Shown here: positions 13,070 through 22,591 of the stretch, piece after piece
How the letters are laid out: each line of letters begins with the position of its first letter
Position numbering within the stretch: the stretch's first letter is position 1
NCBI GenBank assembly: GCA_016699385.1
Contig: CP064974.1
Coordinates: 131,242 to 195,241, forward strand
DNA: 64,000 bases
Source of the DNA: Candidatus Moraniibacteriota bacterium
GTDB lineage: Bacteria > Patescibacteriota > Minisyncoccia > Moranbacterales > UBA1568
Reading direction: 5' to 3'
Position numbers and translations under genes: made by a program
The notes under the pieces: generated by a model
Databases searched by the model: none
Seen by the model: only the letters and a program-made list of their open reading frames with translations
What the model was told of the DNA's origin: nothing

Positions 13070-15664
13070 ATGAGTTTTGAGGATAGAATGCAATCTCGCA
13101 AAGATATTTCTCAAGATGCTATACTAAATGACATATATTTTGTTGATTTTTCTATGGATCATACGGCGTCTTCTCCGACTGAAGAATTATTTCCGGGACT
13201 TTCATCGCATGAAGTGAAGGATCGTTCGGAGCGTTATGGCGAGAACGTGCTTGCACCTCGTCGACGTATCAATCCTGTCGTTTCTTTCCTTAAAGAATTC
13301 ACAAGTCCACTGTTGATTATCTTGCTTGCGGTTTCTTTTGTTTCTTTCTTCTTTCTCGGACAGCGGACAAACGCCACCATTATTTTTGCCATGGTGCTTA
13401 TCTCTGCTGTGGTTGATTTTGCTAATACGTTTCGATCGGAGCGCGCGGTGGAGCGACTTGCTGAGCGAGTGAAGACACTGTCTCGAGTTCGTCGCAACGG
13501 CAAGGAAAAAGAAATAGACGCACGCAGTCTCGTGCCGGATGATATTGTCCTTCTCTCAGCGGGGAGTCTCATCCCAGCTGATGCGGAAGTGCTTGAGGCG
13601 CGAGATTTCTTCGTCAATCAGTCGGCATTTACCGGTGAGTCATTCCCGACAGAGAAGCGACCGCTCGGGCAAAGAAGTCCTGCTGATCGCATCACCGAGC
13701 GAGATGATCGGGTATTCATGGGGACAAGTGTTGTTTCTGGATTCGCAACTGTGCGAATCCTGCTGATAGGTAAGGAGACTGAATATGGGAAGATTGCTTC
13801 GCATGTTTCCGAAGAAAAGGGTGAGACGGATTTCGAGCGGAATATTCGCGGGTTTAGTCTCTTTGTCATGCGACTCAATTTCGTTTTGGTAGGGCTGGTG
13901 CTTTTGGTGAATACACTTCTTGGACGTGACTTTGTTGAATCACTCACCTTTTCTATTGCAATTGCTATCGGTCTTACGCCTGAGCTTTTGCCGGTGATGC
14001 TCTCAGTGTCGCTTGCTCGCGGTTCAGTACGCATGGCGAAGAAGCATGCCATTGTGAAAAACTTGTCGTCGATTCAAAACTTTGGCAGTATGACGGTGCT
14101 TTGTACTGACAAGACGGGCACTCTCACACAAGACAAAATCACACTTATCAAACATATCGACGGCGATGGACGCGACTCGGAAGAAGTCTTCCTCTACTCA
14201 TATCTCAACAGCGCCTATCAAACGGGTGTCAAAAATCCACTTGATCGGGCTATTGTGGAACACGGGAAGCCGGATATTTCTGCGTATGAAAAAGTGGATG
14301 AAGTGCCGTTTGATTTTGTACGTCGGCGCGAGTCTTTGGTTGTCGCAAAGCGTGGCGAAAAGATATTGACTACCAAGGGTGCGCCGGAACATGTGTTGCC
14401 GATTGTGTCTTCCATTCGCATTGCCGGGAAGAATATTCCCATGGATGCGGTGCGCCGGACGTTGCTCCAGCAATCAGCGGAGACGTTGTTTGGGGAAGGG
14501 TTCCGTGTGTTGGCAATTGCGACCAAGACGCTCGACGCCGATGACTATACCTACAATGCTGCGGATGAGTCGGATATGACTTTTGTCGGGTTTGCCGCAT
14601 TTCTTGATCCTCCGAAGAAAGATGCGATGCAGACGATTCAAGAGCTTTCTGATCTCGGTGTCTCGGTGAAGATTCTCACGGGGGATAGCGATACACTCAC
14701 GCGGAAGATTTGCGCGGACATTGGTATACCGGTCTTGGGGACGGTTCTTGGAAAAGATATCGATCGACTTTCTGCGTCGGAAGTGGCAATACTCGCTCTC
14801 AAGACAACTATTTTTGCTCGTGTGACACCGGCGGAGAAAGAGCGCATCATCCAATCGCTTCGTACGCTTCCCAACACCGTTGTTGGCTATATGGGTGATG
14901 GTATCAATGATGTGACCGCGCTTCACGCGGCAGATATCGGCATCTCGGTCGAGAACGCCGTGCCCGTCGCCAAAGACGCGGCAAATATCATTCTCCTTGA
15001 GAAGAGTTTCTCGGTCCTCAAGGATGGTATCGAAGAGGGACGGAAGACGTTTCAAAACACGCTCAAATATATCCGCATGTGGATTTCGTCGAATTTCGGA
15101 AACATGTTTTCGATGATGGGCGCTTCGGCGGTTCTCCCATTTCTCCCGATGAGTCCTCAGCAGATTCTCCTCAACAACTTCCTCTACGATTCGTCGCAGG
15201 TGGGGCTTCCGATGGATCATGTCGACAAGGAATCTATCACGCGCCCGGCGCGATGGAACTTCCGCGGTATTCGTCGATTCATGATTATCTTTGGAACGAT
15301 TAGCTCGGTCTTTGATTTCCTGACATTTGGTGCGCTCTTCTTATTCTTTGGCCTGAGTGAAGGTGCTTTCCAGACTGGCTGGTTTCTGGAATCCTTGGCG
15401 ACGCAAATTCTCGTCATCTTCATCGTCCGAACGCGGCACATACCGTTCTTCCGCAGTATCCCAGGTGGATTTCTTATTGCCAATACACTGCTTGTTCTTG
15501 CTGTCGGCTGGATCATTGCGCTCTCGCCATTTGGGCGTATCTTTGGTTTCGAGCTCCTACCGTTTCCTGTTTTCCTCACCATATTCACCATCACCATTGC
15601 CTACCTCGCCACAGTCGAAATCGCCAAGCGAATCTTCGAGAAGACCGTGCAATTGGAGGGGTAA
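13070..15664 (+). CDS. mgtA: Mg2+-transporting P-type ATPase (MgtA-type)
   Basis: Motifs CTDKTGTLTQDKI (phosphorylation site, MgtA-type context), TGDS, MGDGINDVTALHAADIGISV, and 10 TM segments. Start chosen at the ATG preceded by agagga. The ORF-track start at 12980 lies inside the palindrome. Confidence 0.85.
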   Translation: MSFEDRMQSRKDISQDAILNDIYFVDFSMDHTASSPTEELFPGLSSHEVKDRSERYGENVLAPRRRINPVVSFLKEFTSPLLIILLAVSFVSFFFLGQRTNATIIFAMVLISAVVDFANTFRSERAVERLAERVKTLSRVRRNGKEKEIDARSLVPDDIVLLSAGSLIPADAEVLEARDFFVNQSAFTGESFPTEKRPLGQRSPADRITERDDRVFMGTSVVSGFATVRILLIGKETEYGKIASHVSEEKGETDFERNIRGFSLFVMRLNFVLVGLVLLVNTLLGRDFVESLTFSIAIAIGLTPELLPVMLSVSLARGSVRMAKKHAIVKNLSSIQNFGSMTVLCTDKTGTLTQDKITLIKHIDGDGRDSEEVFLYSYLNSAYQTGVKNPLDRAIVEHGKPDISAYEKVDEVPFDFVRRRESLVVAKRGEKILTTKGAPEHVLPIVSSIRIAGKNIPMDAVRRTLLQQSAETLFGEGFRVLAIATKTLDADDYTYNAADESDMTFVGFAAFLDPPKKDAMQTIQELSDLGVSVKILTGDSDTLTRKICADIGIPVLGTVLGKDIDRLSASEVAILALKTTIFARVTPAEKERIIQSLRTLPNTVVGYMGDGINDVTALHAADIGISVENAVPVAKDAANIILLEKSFSVLKDGIEEGRKTFQNTLKYIRMWISSNFGNMFSMMGASAVLPFLPMSPQQILLNNFLYDSSQVGLPMDHVDKESITRPARWNFRGIRRFMIIFGTISSVFDFLTFGALFLFFGLSEGAFQTGWFLESLATQILVIFIVRTRHIPFFRSIPGGFLIANTLLVLAVGWIIALSPFGRIFGFELLPFPVFLTIFTITIAYLATVEIAKRIFEKTVQLEG

Positions 15665-15772
15665 CTTGAATGTATGGCAGCGTAGGAAAGAATATGGAAA
15701 GAGTCTCAAAGGGGCGCGTGTGTGGAGCGCGCCTTTGCTTTTTTGGGAGAAACTTTCTACACTGTGTGGACT

Positions 15773-16735
15773 ATGGAGAAGAGTTTTTGGCAACAACTTC
15801 CGAAGCCGTTCATGGTGCTCGCGCCGATGGCAGGGGTGACAGATACGGTATTTCGGCAAATCATTGCACGGCGAGCGAAGCCCGATGTTTTTTGGACGGA
15901 GTTTGTTTCGTGTGACGGACTCTGCAGTCGCGGTCGGGAGGCTTTGCTTCGTGATTTTCTCTTTATCGAAGATGAGCGACCGATTGTGGCGCAAGTATTT
16001 GGCGCGACACCGAAAAACTTCTATGAAACAGCGCGACTTGTTGTTTCACTTGGGTTTGATGGGATTGATATCAATATGGGCTGTCCCGATCGTGCAGTGC
16101 TTGGACAGGGTGCGGGTGCGGCGCTCATTCGGACGCCGGGACTCGCGCGAGATATCATCGCGGCGACGAAAGAGGGAATTGCGTCGGCAGGGTCGACTAT
16201 CCCGCTCTCGGTGAAGACACGGACAGGATTTGACTCCGATGAAATCGATACATGGATACCGATGCTTCTTGATGCGAAACTCGATGCACTCACGATTCAC
16301 GCGCGGACGAAGAAAGAAATGTCGGACGTGCCGGCGCGCTGGAGTGATGTGGCGCGCGTCGTTGAAATGGCTCGAGGAACCGAGACGCTCATTATCGGGA
16401 ATGGCGATGTGCGCGACCTCGCAGACGCAAGACAGAAAGCGAGCGAGACGGGGGCGGACGGCGTGATGCTGGGGCGCGCGATATTTGGAAATCCGTGGCT
16501 CTTTGATGTGACAGGGAAAATTCCGACAGTGGAAGAAAGGCTGTTGGCGCTCGTCGAGCACACGCACCTCTACGAAACGACGTGGGGAACGACGAAGAGT
16601 TTTGATCTCATGAAGAAACACTACAAAGCCTATGTCAATGGATTTCCCAATGCCTCTGATCTTCGTTCGCGGCTCATGCTATGCAAGAATTCAAAGGAAG
16701 TGGAAGAAATCGTGACAAATTTTTTATGCGTATGA
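15773..16735 (+). CDS. tRNA-dihydrouridine synthase (Dus family)
   Basis: MVLAPMAGVTDTVFRQI and GIDINMGCP motifs of the Dus TIM-barrel flavoenzymes. An alternative upstream start is at 15722. Confidence 0.8.
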   Translation: MEKSFWQQLPKPFMVLAPMAGVTDTVFRQIIARRAKPDVFWTEFVSCDGLCSRGREALLRDFLFIEDERPIVAQVFGATPKNFYETARLVVSLGFDGIDINMGCPDRAVLGQGAGAALIRTPGLARDIIAATKEGIASAGSTIPLSVKTRTGFDSDEIDTWIPMLLDAKLDALTIHARTKKEMSDVPARWSDVARVVEMARGTETLIIGNGDVRDLADARQKASETGADGVMLGRAIFGNPWLFDVTGKIPTVEERLLALVEHTHLYETTWGTTKSFDLMKKHYKAYVNGFPNASDLRSRLMLCKNSKEVEEIVTNFLCV

Positions 16736-16986
16736 CTCAAACTTTTGCCAATCGCGTGCGTGCGGTTGTGTCACAGATTCCAAAAGGGAAGACGATGACG
16801 TACAAAGAAGTGGCGGAGCGAGCGGGGAGTCCGCGCGCGTTTCGCGCGGTCGGCAACATTCTCAACAAGAACTTCGACCCGAATATTCCGTGCCACCGCG
16901 TCGTCCGAAGCGACGGCACGACCGGCGGCTACAATCGCGGCGCGGAGAGGAAGCTGGAGCTACTTCAAGAGGAAAGAAACTTATGA
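16726..16986 (+). CDS. Methylated-DNA-protein-cysteine methyltransferase, DNA-binding/catalytic C-terminal domain only (Ogt/MGMT family)
   Basis: IPCHRVV active-site motif with the conserved Cys, plus helix-turn-helix-like [22 protein letters not shown]. About 86 aa with no N-terminal domain. The start overlaps the end of dus. Confidence 0.7.
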   Translation: MRMTQTFANRVRAVVSQIPKGKTMTYKEVAERAGSPRAFRAVGNILNKNFDPNIPCHRVVRSDGTTGGYNRGAERKLELLQEERNL

Positions 16987-17056
16987 GTTTTTTTGCAGGA
17001 GTTATCTTATTGTGATAGTCTCTTACTGGTAGCGTACCTTTCAAAGCGAGGTTTCC

Positions 17057-17374
17057 ATGGATATCAATGGTGGCGGTTTATGTGAACTTGATGCGGTCTC
17101 CCTGTATAATCTTGGGAGAATTATCGGTGAGATATCAATGGAGAGGCCAGATATTACGCATCGCATACTCGTTGGGATTCGCGACGGTATGGTAGATGCA
17201 GATTCTTTCTCCGGGTATGGTTTTGGGGAATTGTTGGAGGCGCTGGAGCGACACTGGTTTTCCCATGTCGCGAATCAAGATATTCCTCCTCCAATACAGT
17301 TTGTTAGATCAAACACTCTTTCTGGTTCGGGAAGGCTTCAGTTTCAGATAGTTTTAAGACCCCGTTCCATTTGA
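17057..17374 (+). CDS. Hypothetical protein
   Basis: ORF of 105 aa with no recognisable motifs. It lies inside the duplicated/inserted segment. Confidence 0.3.
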   Translation: MDINGGGLCELDAVSLYNLGRIIGEISMERPDITHRILVGIRDGMVDADSFSGYGFGELLEALERHWFSHVANQDIPPPIQFVRSNTLSGSGRLQFQIVLRPRSI

Positions 17375-17648
17375 GAACGGTTGCTAGAACCCATATCGTC
17401 GAACAATTACGACGTGCCAGTAAGCGAATGTCTGTACAGGTACGCGATGGAGCATGCCGGGAAGCCGTTTGATTCGGATACGCCGCGGGTTACGGAGAGG
17501 GAAAGAGCAATCTTGAATGAGGGTCGCTTGCGGCAGGAGAATGAGGATAGAGGTAAAGAAGGATAAAAAAATCCGGAGCATCGCTCCGAGAATACAATTG
17601 CGCTACACTGTTCATTCAGTTGTAGTGCGTTTTTTATTGCGTTTTCGT

Positions 17649-18065
17649 ATGGTAAAGAAGAAGGAAGTGCCGTTTGCGTCGCAGGATTGGATTATGGTGA
17701 AGGGGGCGCGGACACGCAATTTGAAGAATATCACCGTGTCGATTCCTCGGGGGAAAATGACGGTGTTTACGGGGCTTTCCGAGAGTGGGAAGTCTTCTTT
17801 GGCGTTCGATACGATATTTGCCAATCGCGTGCGTGCGGTTGTGTCACAGATTCCAAAAGGGAAGACGATGACGTACAAAGAAGTGGCGGAGCGAGCGGGG
17901 AGTCCGCGCGCGTTTCGCGCGGTCGGCAACATTCTCAACAAGAACTTCGACCCGAATATTCCGTGCCACCGCGTCGTCCGAAGCGACGGCACGACTGGTG
18001 GCTACAATCGCGGCGCAAAGAGGAAACGAGAGATTTTGCAGGAGGAAGGAGTTTTGGATGATTGA
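17649..18065 (+). CDS. Chimeric ORF: diverged copy of the UvrA N-terminus (~48 aa including the P-loop) fused in frame to a second, near-identical copy of the MGMT domain
   Basis: [58 protein letters not shown] aligns with the start of the UvrA protein (CDS 18889-21453). The remainder, NRVRAVVSQ...[19 protein letters not shown], matches 16742-16975 almost base-for-base. Confidence 0.5.
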   Translation: MVKKKEVPFASQDWIMVKGARTRNLKNITVSIPRGKMTVFTGLSESGKSSLAFDTIFANRVRAVVSQIPKGKTMTYKEVAERAGSPRAFRAVGNILNKNFDPNIPCHRVVRSDGTTGGYNRGAKRKREILQEEGVLDD

Positions 18066-18119
18066 GAAGATGGGAATACAAAAAGAGAGCTGGTCAGGCT
18101 CTCCAAAGTTTCATGACCT

Positions 18120-18644
18120 TTATTTTCTGTTAAAGTTCGGCAAATTCAGCCACCATCTGGCGCCGGAATTTGGGATATACCCAAGACCCCACCAACCGTA
18201 GCCATCTTCACTGGGAACTGCTGGAACAAGCATGCCGATTTTACATGTAAATTGCCCGCTGGCCTCTTTGGGAATGCTTCCATCGGAGCGCAATTGGGAG
18301 ATATCCGTATTTGTCTCTGCTGCTGCGCATCGAACACACAGAAGTCTTGCTCGGAATGTCTGCCAATCTCTCCAAAGCTTCACACCGTGAGCTTGGCATT
18401 TACAGCAGGCGTAGCTCGATGGAACTGCGCCACCCAAATATTGCCCGCCTGCTCCGGTTGGAAAATAGGCAATCTGCTTCGCAATTTCCAGTGCTATCCT
18501 CGGGTTTCTTTCCCATGGAAATATTGCTGACAATCCCTTTCCCCGAGATTGTCTCCATTGACCATGGAGAACGGTATACTCAGCTGTCCCTGGTTTATAT
18601 TTACGTACTCCGGAAGTTTTCACGGGCATCTTCTTTTTCCTCAA
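18120..18644 (-). CDS. Hypothetical Cys-rich protein (possible zinc-ribbon: CCKC...CVRC)
   Basis: ORF of 174 aa with Cys motifs YACCKCQAHG and LLCVRC and Trp/Gly-rich segments. No family recognised. Confidence 0.4.
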   Translation of the reverse strand: MRKKKMPVKTSGVRKYKPGTAEYTVLHGQWRQSRGKGLSAIFPWERNPRIALEIAKQIAYFPTGAGGQYLGGAVPSSYACCKCQAHGVKLWRDWQTFRARLLCVRCAAAETNTDISQLRSDGSIPKEASGQFTCKIGMLVPAVPSEDGYGWWGLGYIPNSGARWWLNLPNFNRK

Positions 18645-18853
18645 TTGTGACTAAAAGATCAACCCTTCCTTGTTAAAAAACTTTCCTCAAAAATCATGTT
18701 AATAGTGGTATGTTGAGCAAAATTTGTCAATAGAATTCACCGCGGATAATAAAGAATATAATTGTCAGAAATCCCAGCTCTCGATGATGGTTTCGGAGGC
18801 TCTCTTCTGTGCTCCGGATAATACTAGGCTACGTTGATTTTCTGTTTGTTTCA

Positions 18854-18880
18854 CGCTACACTGTTCATTCAGCTGTAGCG
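18854..18880. promoter_or_regulatory. Inverted repeat CGCTACA-N13-TGTAGCG overlapping the uvrA promoter/5' leader (candidate operator)
   Basis: Perfect 7-bp arms end 9 nt before the uvrA start codon. A one-mismatch copy (17611-17637) sits upstream of the chimeric uvrA'-MGMT ORF. Confidence 0.35.
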
Positions 18881-18888
18881 TATTTTTT

Positions 18889-21453
18889 ATGCCGAAAAAG
18901 GCGAAAGTCGATGATCACGTGCCTCAGAATTGGATTGTGGTGAAGGGGGCGCGGACGCACAATTTGAAGAATATCACCGTGTCGATTCCTCGGGGGAAGA
19001 TGACGGCGTTTACCGGACTCTCGGGGTCGGGGAAGTCTTCGCTTGCATTTGATACCATATTCGCCGAGGGACAGCGGCGGTATGTCGAGTCGCTTTCGGC
19101 GTATGCGCGGCAATTTTTGAATCAAATGCAGAAGCCGGATGTGGATGAAATAGAAGGGCTTTCGCCGGCGATTTCTATCGATCAGAAATCGCGCTCGTCC
19201 AATCCACGTTCGACAGTCGCGACGATTACCGAAATATACGATTACCTCCGCGTGCTCTATGCGCGTATTGGGCGACCGCATTGTCTCACATGCGGGCGGG
19301 AGATTTCCAAACTTTCGACAGATGAGATGATTGGTTTTATTTCGGAGCAGGCATCGAAAGCAAAAGCAAAAGAGTCGCTTCGAATTTTAGCGCCGATTGT
19401 GCGCGGACGAAAGGGTGAATACTATCAATTGCTCTATGACTATCTCGGAAAGGGATTTTCCGAGGCGCGCATTGATGGTGAGATGAAGAGCCTGCGTGAA
19501 CGCGTCGTACTCTCAAAACACAAAGCGCATGATATCGATATGCTGGTCGACACGATACCGGTATCGGAACTCTCAAGTAAAATGTGGAGCGATGATGCCG
19601 GAATGCGTTTGCGAGAGGCAGTGGAGAGATCGCTCGAGGAATCAGAGGGGCTTGTCAAAATCGTGATTGGTGAAGAAGAGAAATTGCTTTCGTCGAAATA
19701 CTCGTGTCCGTATGATGGTTTTTCCTATCCGGAAGTCGAGCCGAGATTGTTCTCGTTTAACTCGCCCTATGGTGCGTGTCCGGAATGTAATGGTCTTGGC
19801 ACGAAGCACTTCTTCGGAAGTGAACCGTGTCCTCTGTGTGAAGGGAGTCGCTTGCGCGAGGAGGCACTTCAGGTAAAGGTGTGTGGCAGAAACATCGTGG
19901 AGTTCTCCGGCATGGTAATTGGCGAAGCGAAGGCGTTCCTCGATACGGCGGCGCTCGATGATCGAGAGCGCGCTATCGCTTCAGTTGTTCTCAAGGAAAT
20001 CGGCAATCGCCTGACATTTCTCCTCGATGTGGGACTTGATTATCTCTCGCTTGACCGTCGTGCCAATACGCTCTCGGGCGGGGAGTCGCAACGCATTCGT
20101 CTTGCTTCACAACTGGGCAGTCAATTGGTGGGCGCACTCTATGTCTTGGATGAACCGACCATCGGGCTTCATCCGCGGGACAATGACCGTCTTATCAAGA
20201 CACTTATCGAGCTTCGCAACCTCGGCAATACGATTATCGTTGTCGAACATGATGAAGATACAATTTTTGCATCCGACTATATCGTGGATATTGGACCGAA
20301 AGCAGGTGTGCACGGTGGAGAAGTAATCGTATCCGGATTTCTCGAAGAGCTTCTCACTGCAAAGAAAAACGAATCGAAATCGCTCACGCTCTCCTATTTA
20401 CGCGGTGAATCCGTGATACCGATTCCGGAACGGCGACGAATGAAGGAGAAAGGCTCGATAAAAATCCGCGGAGGGAAGGTGTTTAATATTGTGAATATGG
20501 ATGCGGAGATTCCGCTCGGTCGCATCGTTGCGATCACGGGCGTGTCGGGTTCGGGCAAATCGTCATTTCTCTATGAAATTTTGCACAAGAATCTCCGAGC
20601 GCGACTTGATCGTCGATATCGGAGTCCAAAGACAGTGAACTGCGTCTCGTTTACAGGGACAGAATATCTCGCGCGTGCTGTATTGATCGACCAGTCGCCA
20701 ATCGGACGGACGCCTCGCTCGAATCCCGCAACCTATACCGGTATGTGGACGCATATTCGCGACATGTTTGCGATGACATCCGAGGCGCGCGTGCGGGGCT
20801 GGCGCTCGGGGCGATTCTCATTCAATGTGAAGGGCGGACGCTGTGAGACCTGTGAGGGAAATGGACAGATTGCCGTCGAGATGCACTTCTTGCCGACGGT
20901 GTATGTGCCGTGCGATGTGTGCGGAGGAAAGCGATTTACCAAAGAGACACTCGAAGTCACCTACAAACACAAGAATATTTACGAAATCCTCAAGATGACT
21001 GTCGAGGAAGCACATCCATTTTTCAAAGACATTCCTGCGATTGCCGATCGGTTGCAGACGCTCCTTGATGTGGGGCTTGGCTATCTCGAACTCGGTCAGT
21101 CGGCGACGACGCTCTCGGGCGGTGAAGCTCAGCGTATCAAAATTGCGAGCGAACTCTATCGCCCCAATCTCCAACGAACAATGTACCTCCTCGATGAGCC
21201 GACCGTCGGACTCCATTATGAAGATGTTCGAAAGCTCATCGAAATCCTCGATCGCCTCGTTGAAAAGGGAAATACTGTTGTCACTATCGAGCACAATATG
21301 GATATTTTGAAGAGCGCCGACTATATCCTCGACATCGGTCCCGAAGGCGGCGCGGGAGGTGGTCGCCTTGTCGCCAAAGGAACGCCCGAACAAGTTGCCA
21401 ACAACCCAAAGTCGCATACGGGAGTGTATTTGAAACGAGTGTTGAAGGATTGA
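18889..21453 (+). CDS. uvrA: Excinuclease ABC subunit A (UvrA), compact 854-aa form
   Basis: Two ABC ATPase modules ([28 protein letters not shown]; ITGVSGSGKSSFL), signature motifs LSGGESQRIRLA and LSGGEAQRIKIA, and zinc-finger cysteines. Confidence 0.9.
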   Translation: MPKKAKVDDHVPQNWIVVKGARTHNLKNITVSIPRGKMTAFTGLSGSGKSSLAFDTIFAEGQRRYVESLSAYARQFLNQMQKPDVDEIEGLSPAISIDQKSRSSNPRSTVATITEIYDYLRVLYARIGRPHCLTCGREISKLSTDEMIGFISEQASKAKAKESLRILAPIVRGRKGEYYQLLYDYLGKGFSEARIDGEMKSLRERVVLSKHKAHDIDMLVDTIPVSELSSKMWSDDAGMRLREAVERSLEESEGLVKIVIGEEEKLLSSKYSCPYDGFSYPEVEPRLFSFNSPYGACPECNGLGTKHFFGSEPCPLCEGSRLREEALQVKVCGRNIVEFSGMVIGEAKAFLDTAALDDRERAIASVVLKEIGNRLTFLLDVGLDYLSLDRRANTLSGGESQRIRLASQLGSQLVGALYVLDEPTIGLHPRDNDRLIKTLIELRNLGNTIIVVEHDEDTIFASDYIVDIGPKAGVHGGEVIVSGFLEELLTAKKNESKSLTLSYLRGESVIPIPERRRMKEKGSIKIRGGKVFNIVNMDAEIPLGRIVAITGVSGSGKSSFLYEILHKNLRARLDRRYRSPKTVNCVSFTGTEYLARAVLIDQSPIGRTPRSNPATYTGMWTHIRDMFAMTSEARVRGWRSGRFSFNVKGGRCETCEGNGQIAVEMHFLPTVYVPCDVCGGKRFTKETLEVTYKHKNIYEILKMTVEEAHPFFKDIPAIADRLQTLLDVGLGYLELGQSATTLSGGEAQRIKIASELYRPNLQRTMYLLDEPTVGLHYEDVRKLIEILDRLVEKGNTVVTIEHNMDILKSADYILDIGPEGGAGGGRLVAKGTPEQVANNPKSHTGVYLKRVLKD

Positions 21454-21556
21454 ACGTACTCGGGTACTTTTCTTTAGAAATTTAGTAACGATTATCCTTC
21501 TGAAACGTCGCATAAGTTCTTGCTCTTTTCCTGGTTTTTCGTAGACTTGGAATATT

Positions 21557-22591
21557 ATGCAGACCAAACGAATTGTCACAATTGGTGGAGGGACGGGGAG
21601 TTTTACTTTGTTGCAGGGACTGAAGCGGCATCCATTTCGGTTGTCGGCGGTGGTTTCCATGGCGGATGATGGCGGGTCGACAGGGGTGCTTCGCGATGAG
21701 CTTGGGGTGCTTCCGCCGGGCGATGTGCGGCAGTGCTTGGTGGCGCTTTCACAGTCATCGGAAAAGATGCGAGAGCTCATGAACTACCGCTTCGATAATG
21801 GCGGACTCAAAGGGCATAGCTTTGGCAATTTGTTGTTGTCGGCGCTTGAGAAAATGGAAGGGAGTTTCTCCGAAGGGGTTCGCCGCGCGATGGAAATACT
21901 CAAGGTGTGCGGAGAGGTAATACCGGTCACAAATGAGGATGCACATCTCGAGATGCGACTCTCTGATGGGACGATGCTTTGCGGGGAAAACGAAATCAAT
22001 CATGCGGAGACGCTTCAGGAAGTCGGTATTGAGAAATTCTCCTTTGCGAAATCGGTGCGAGCGAGCGCGCTTGCCGTGAAGCGAATTGGCGAAGCGGATG
22101 CTATTGTCATTGGGCCGGGAAATTTCTACTGTAGTCTGTTGCCAAATGTTCTTATTCGCACCTGTGCGCGAGCGATACGCGATTCGTCTGCTCGCGTTAT
22201 CTTTGTCGCCAACCTGACCAATAAGCGTGGGCATACGAGTGGGTGGAGTGTTGATGATTTCGTTCGGGAACTGGAGAAATATATTGGTCGCGGTCGAGTG
22301 GACTTTGTGGTGTGGAATGTGAGGAAGCCAAACAAAGAACTGGTACGGAAATATGAGGAACAAGAAGGAGAGGGAATGCTCGTCACTTTTGATCAAGACG
22401 CGATTCTCAATCGGACATATCGCGTCCTTCGTGCCGATGTTGTTTCGGATCGTGCATCGGTTGTGCGGGAAGGCGATGTGATTGCAGCAACCCGGGCATT
22501 TATCCGGCATGACTCGGATCGTTTGGCGCAGGCAATCGCTTTTCTTGTCACTCTCGATTCAAAGAAACGCGTGATACACGATATTGTATGA
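21557..22591 (+). CDS. YvcK/CofD-like (UPF0052, gluconeogenesis factor family) protein
   Basis: N-terminal IVTIGGGTGSFTLLQGL...MADDGGSTGVLRDELGVLPPGDVRQCLVAL matches the UPF0052/2-phospho-L-lactate transferase-like fold signature. Confidence 0.7.
   Translation: MQTKRIVTIGGGTGSFTLLQGLKRHPFRLSAVVSMADDGGSTGVLRDELGVLPPGDVRQCLVALSQSSEKMRELMNYRFDNGGLKGHSFGNLLLSALEKMEGSFSEGVRRAMEILKVCGEVIPVTNEDAHLEMRLSDGTMLCGENEINHAETLQEVGIEKFSFAKSVRASALAVKRIGEADAIVIGPGNFYCSLLPNVLIRTCARAIRDSSARVIFVANLTNKRGHTSGWSVDDFVRELEKYIGRGRVDFVVWNVRKPNKELVRKYEEQEGEGMLVTFDQDAILNRTYRVLRADVVSDRASVVREGDVIAATRAFIRHDSDRLAQAIAFLVTLDSKKRVIHDIV

Noticed and set aside
14474-15220. 248-aa ORF on the minus strand
   Set aside because: Fully antisense to the MgtA P-type ATPase gene, whose motifs are unambiguous. 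It is Arg/His-rich with no motifs.
20818-21780. 320-aa ORF on the minus strand
   Set aside because: Antisense to the 3' part of uvrA and the uvrA-yvcK intergenic region; uvrA has diagnostic ABC motifs on the plus strand.
21755-22510. 251-aa ORF on the minus strand
   Set aside because: Antisense to the YvcK/CofD-like gene, which has a clear family signature on the plus strand.
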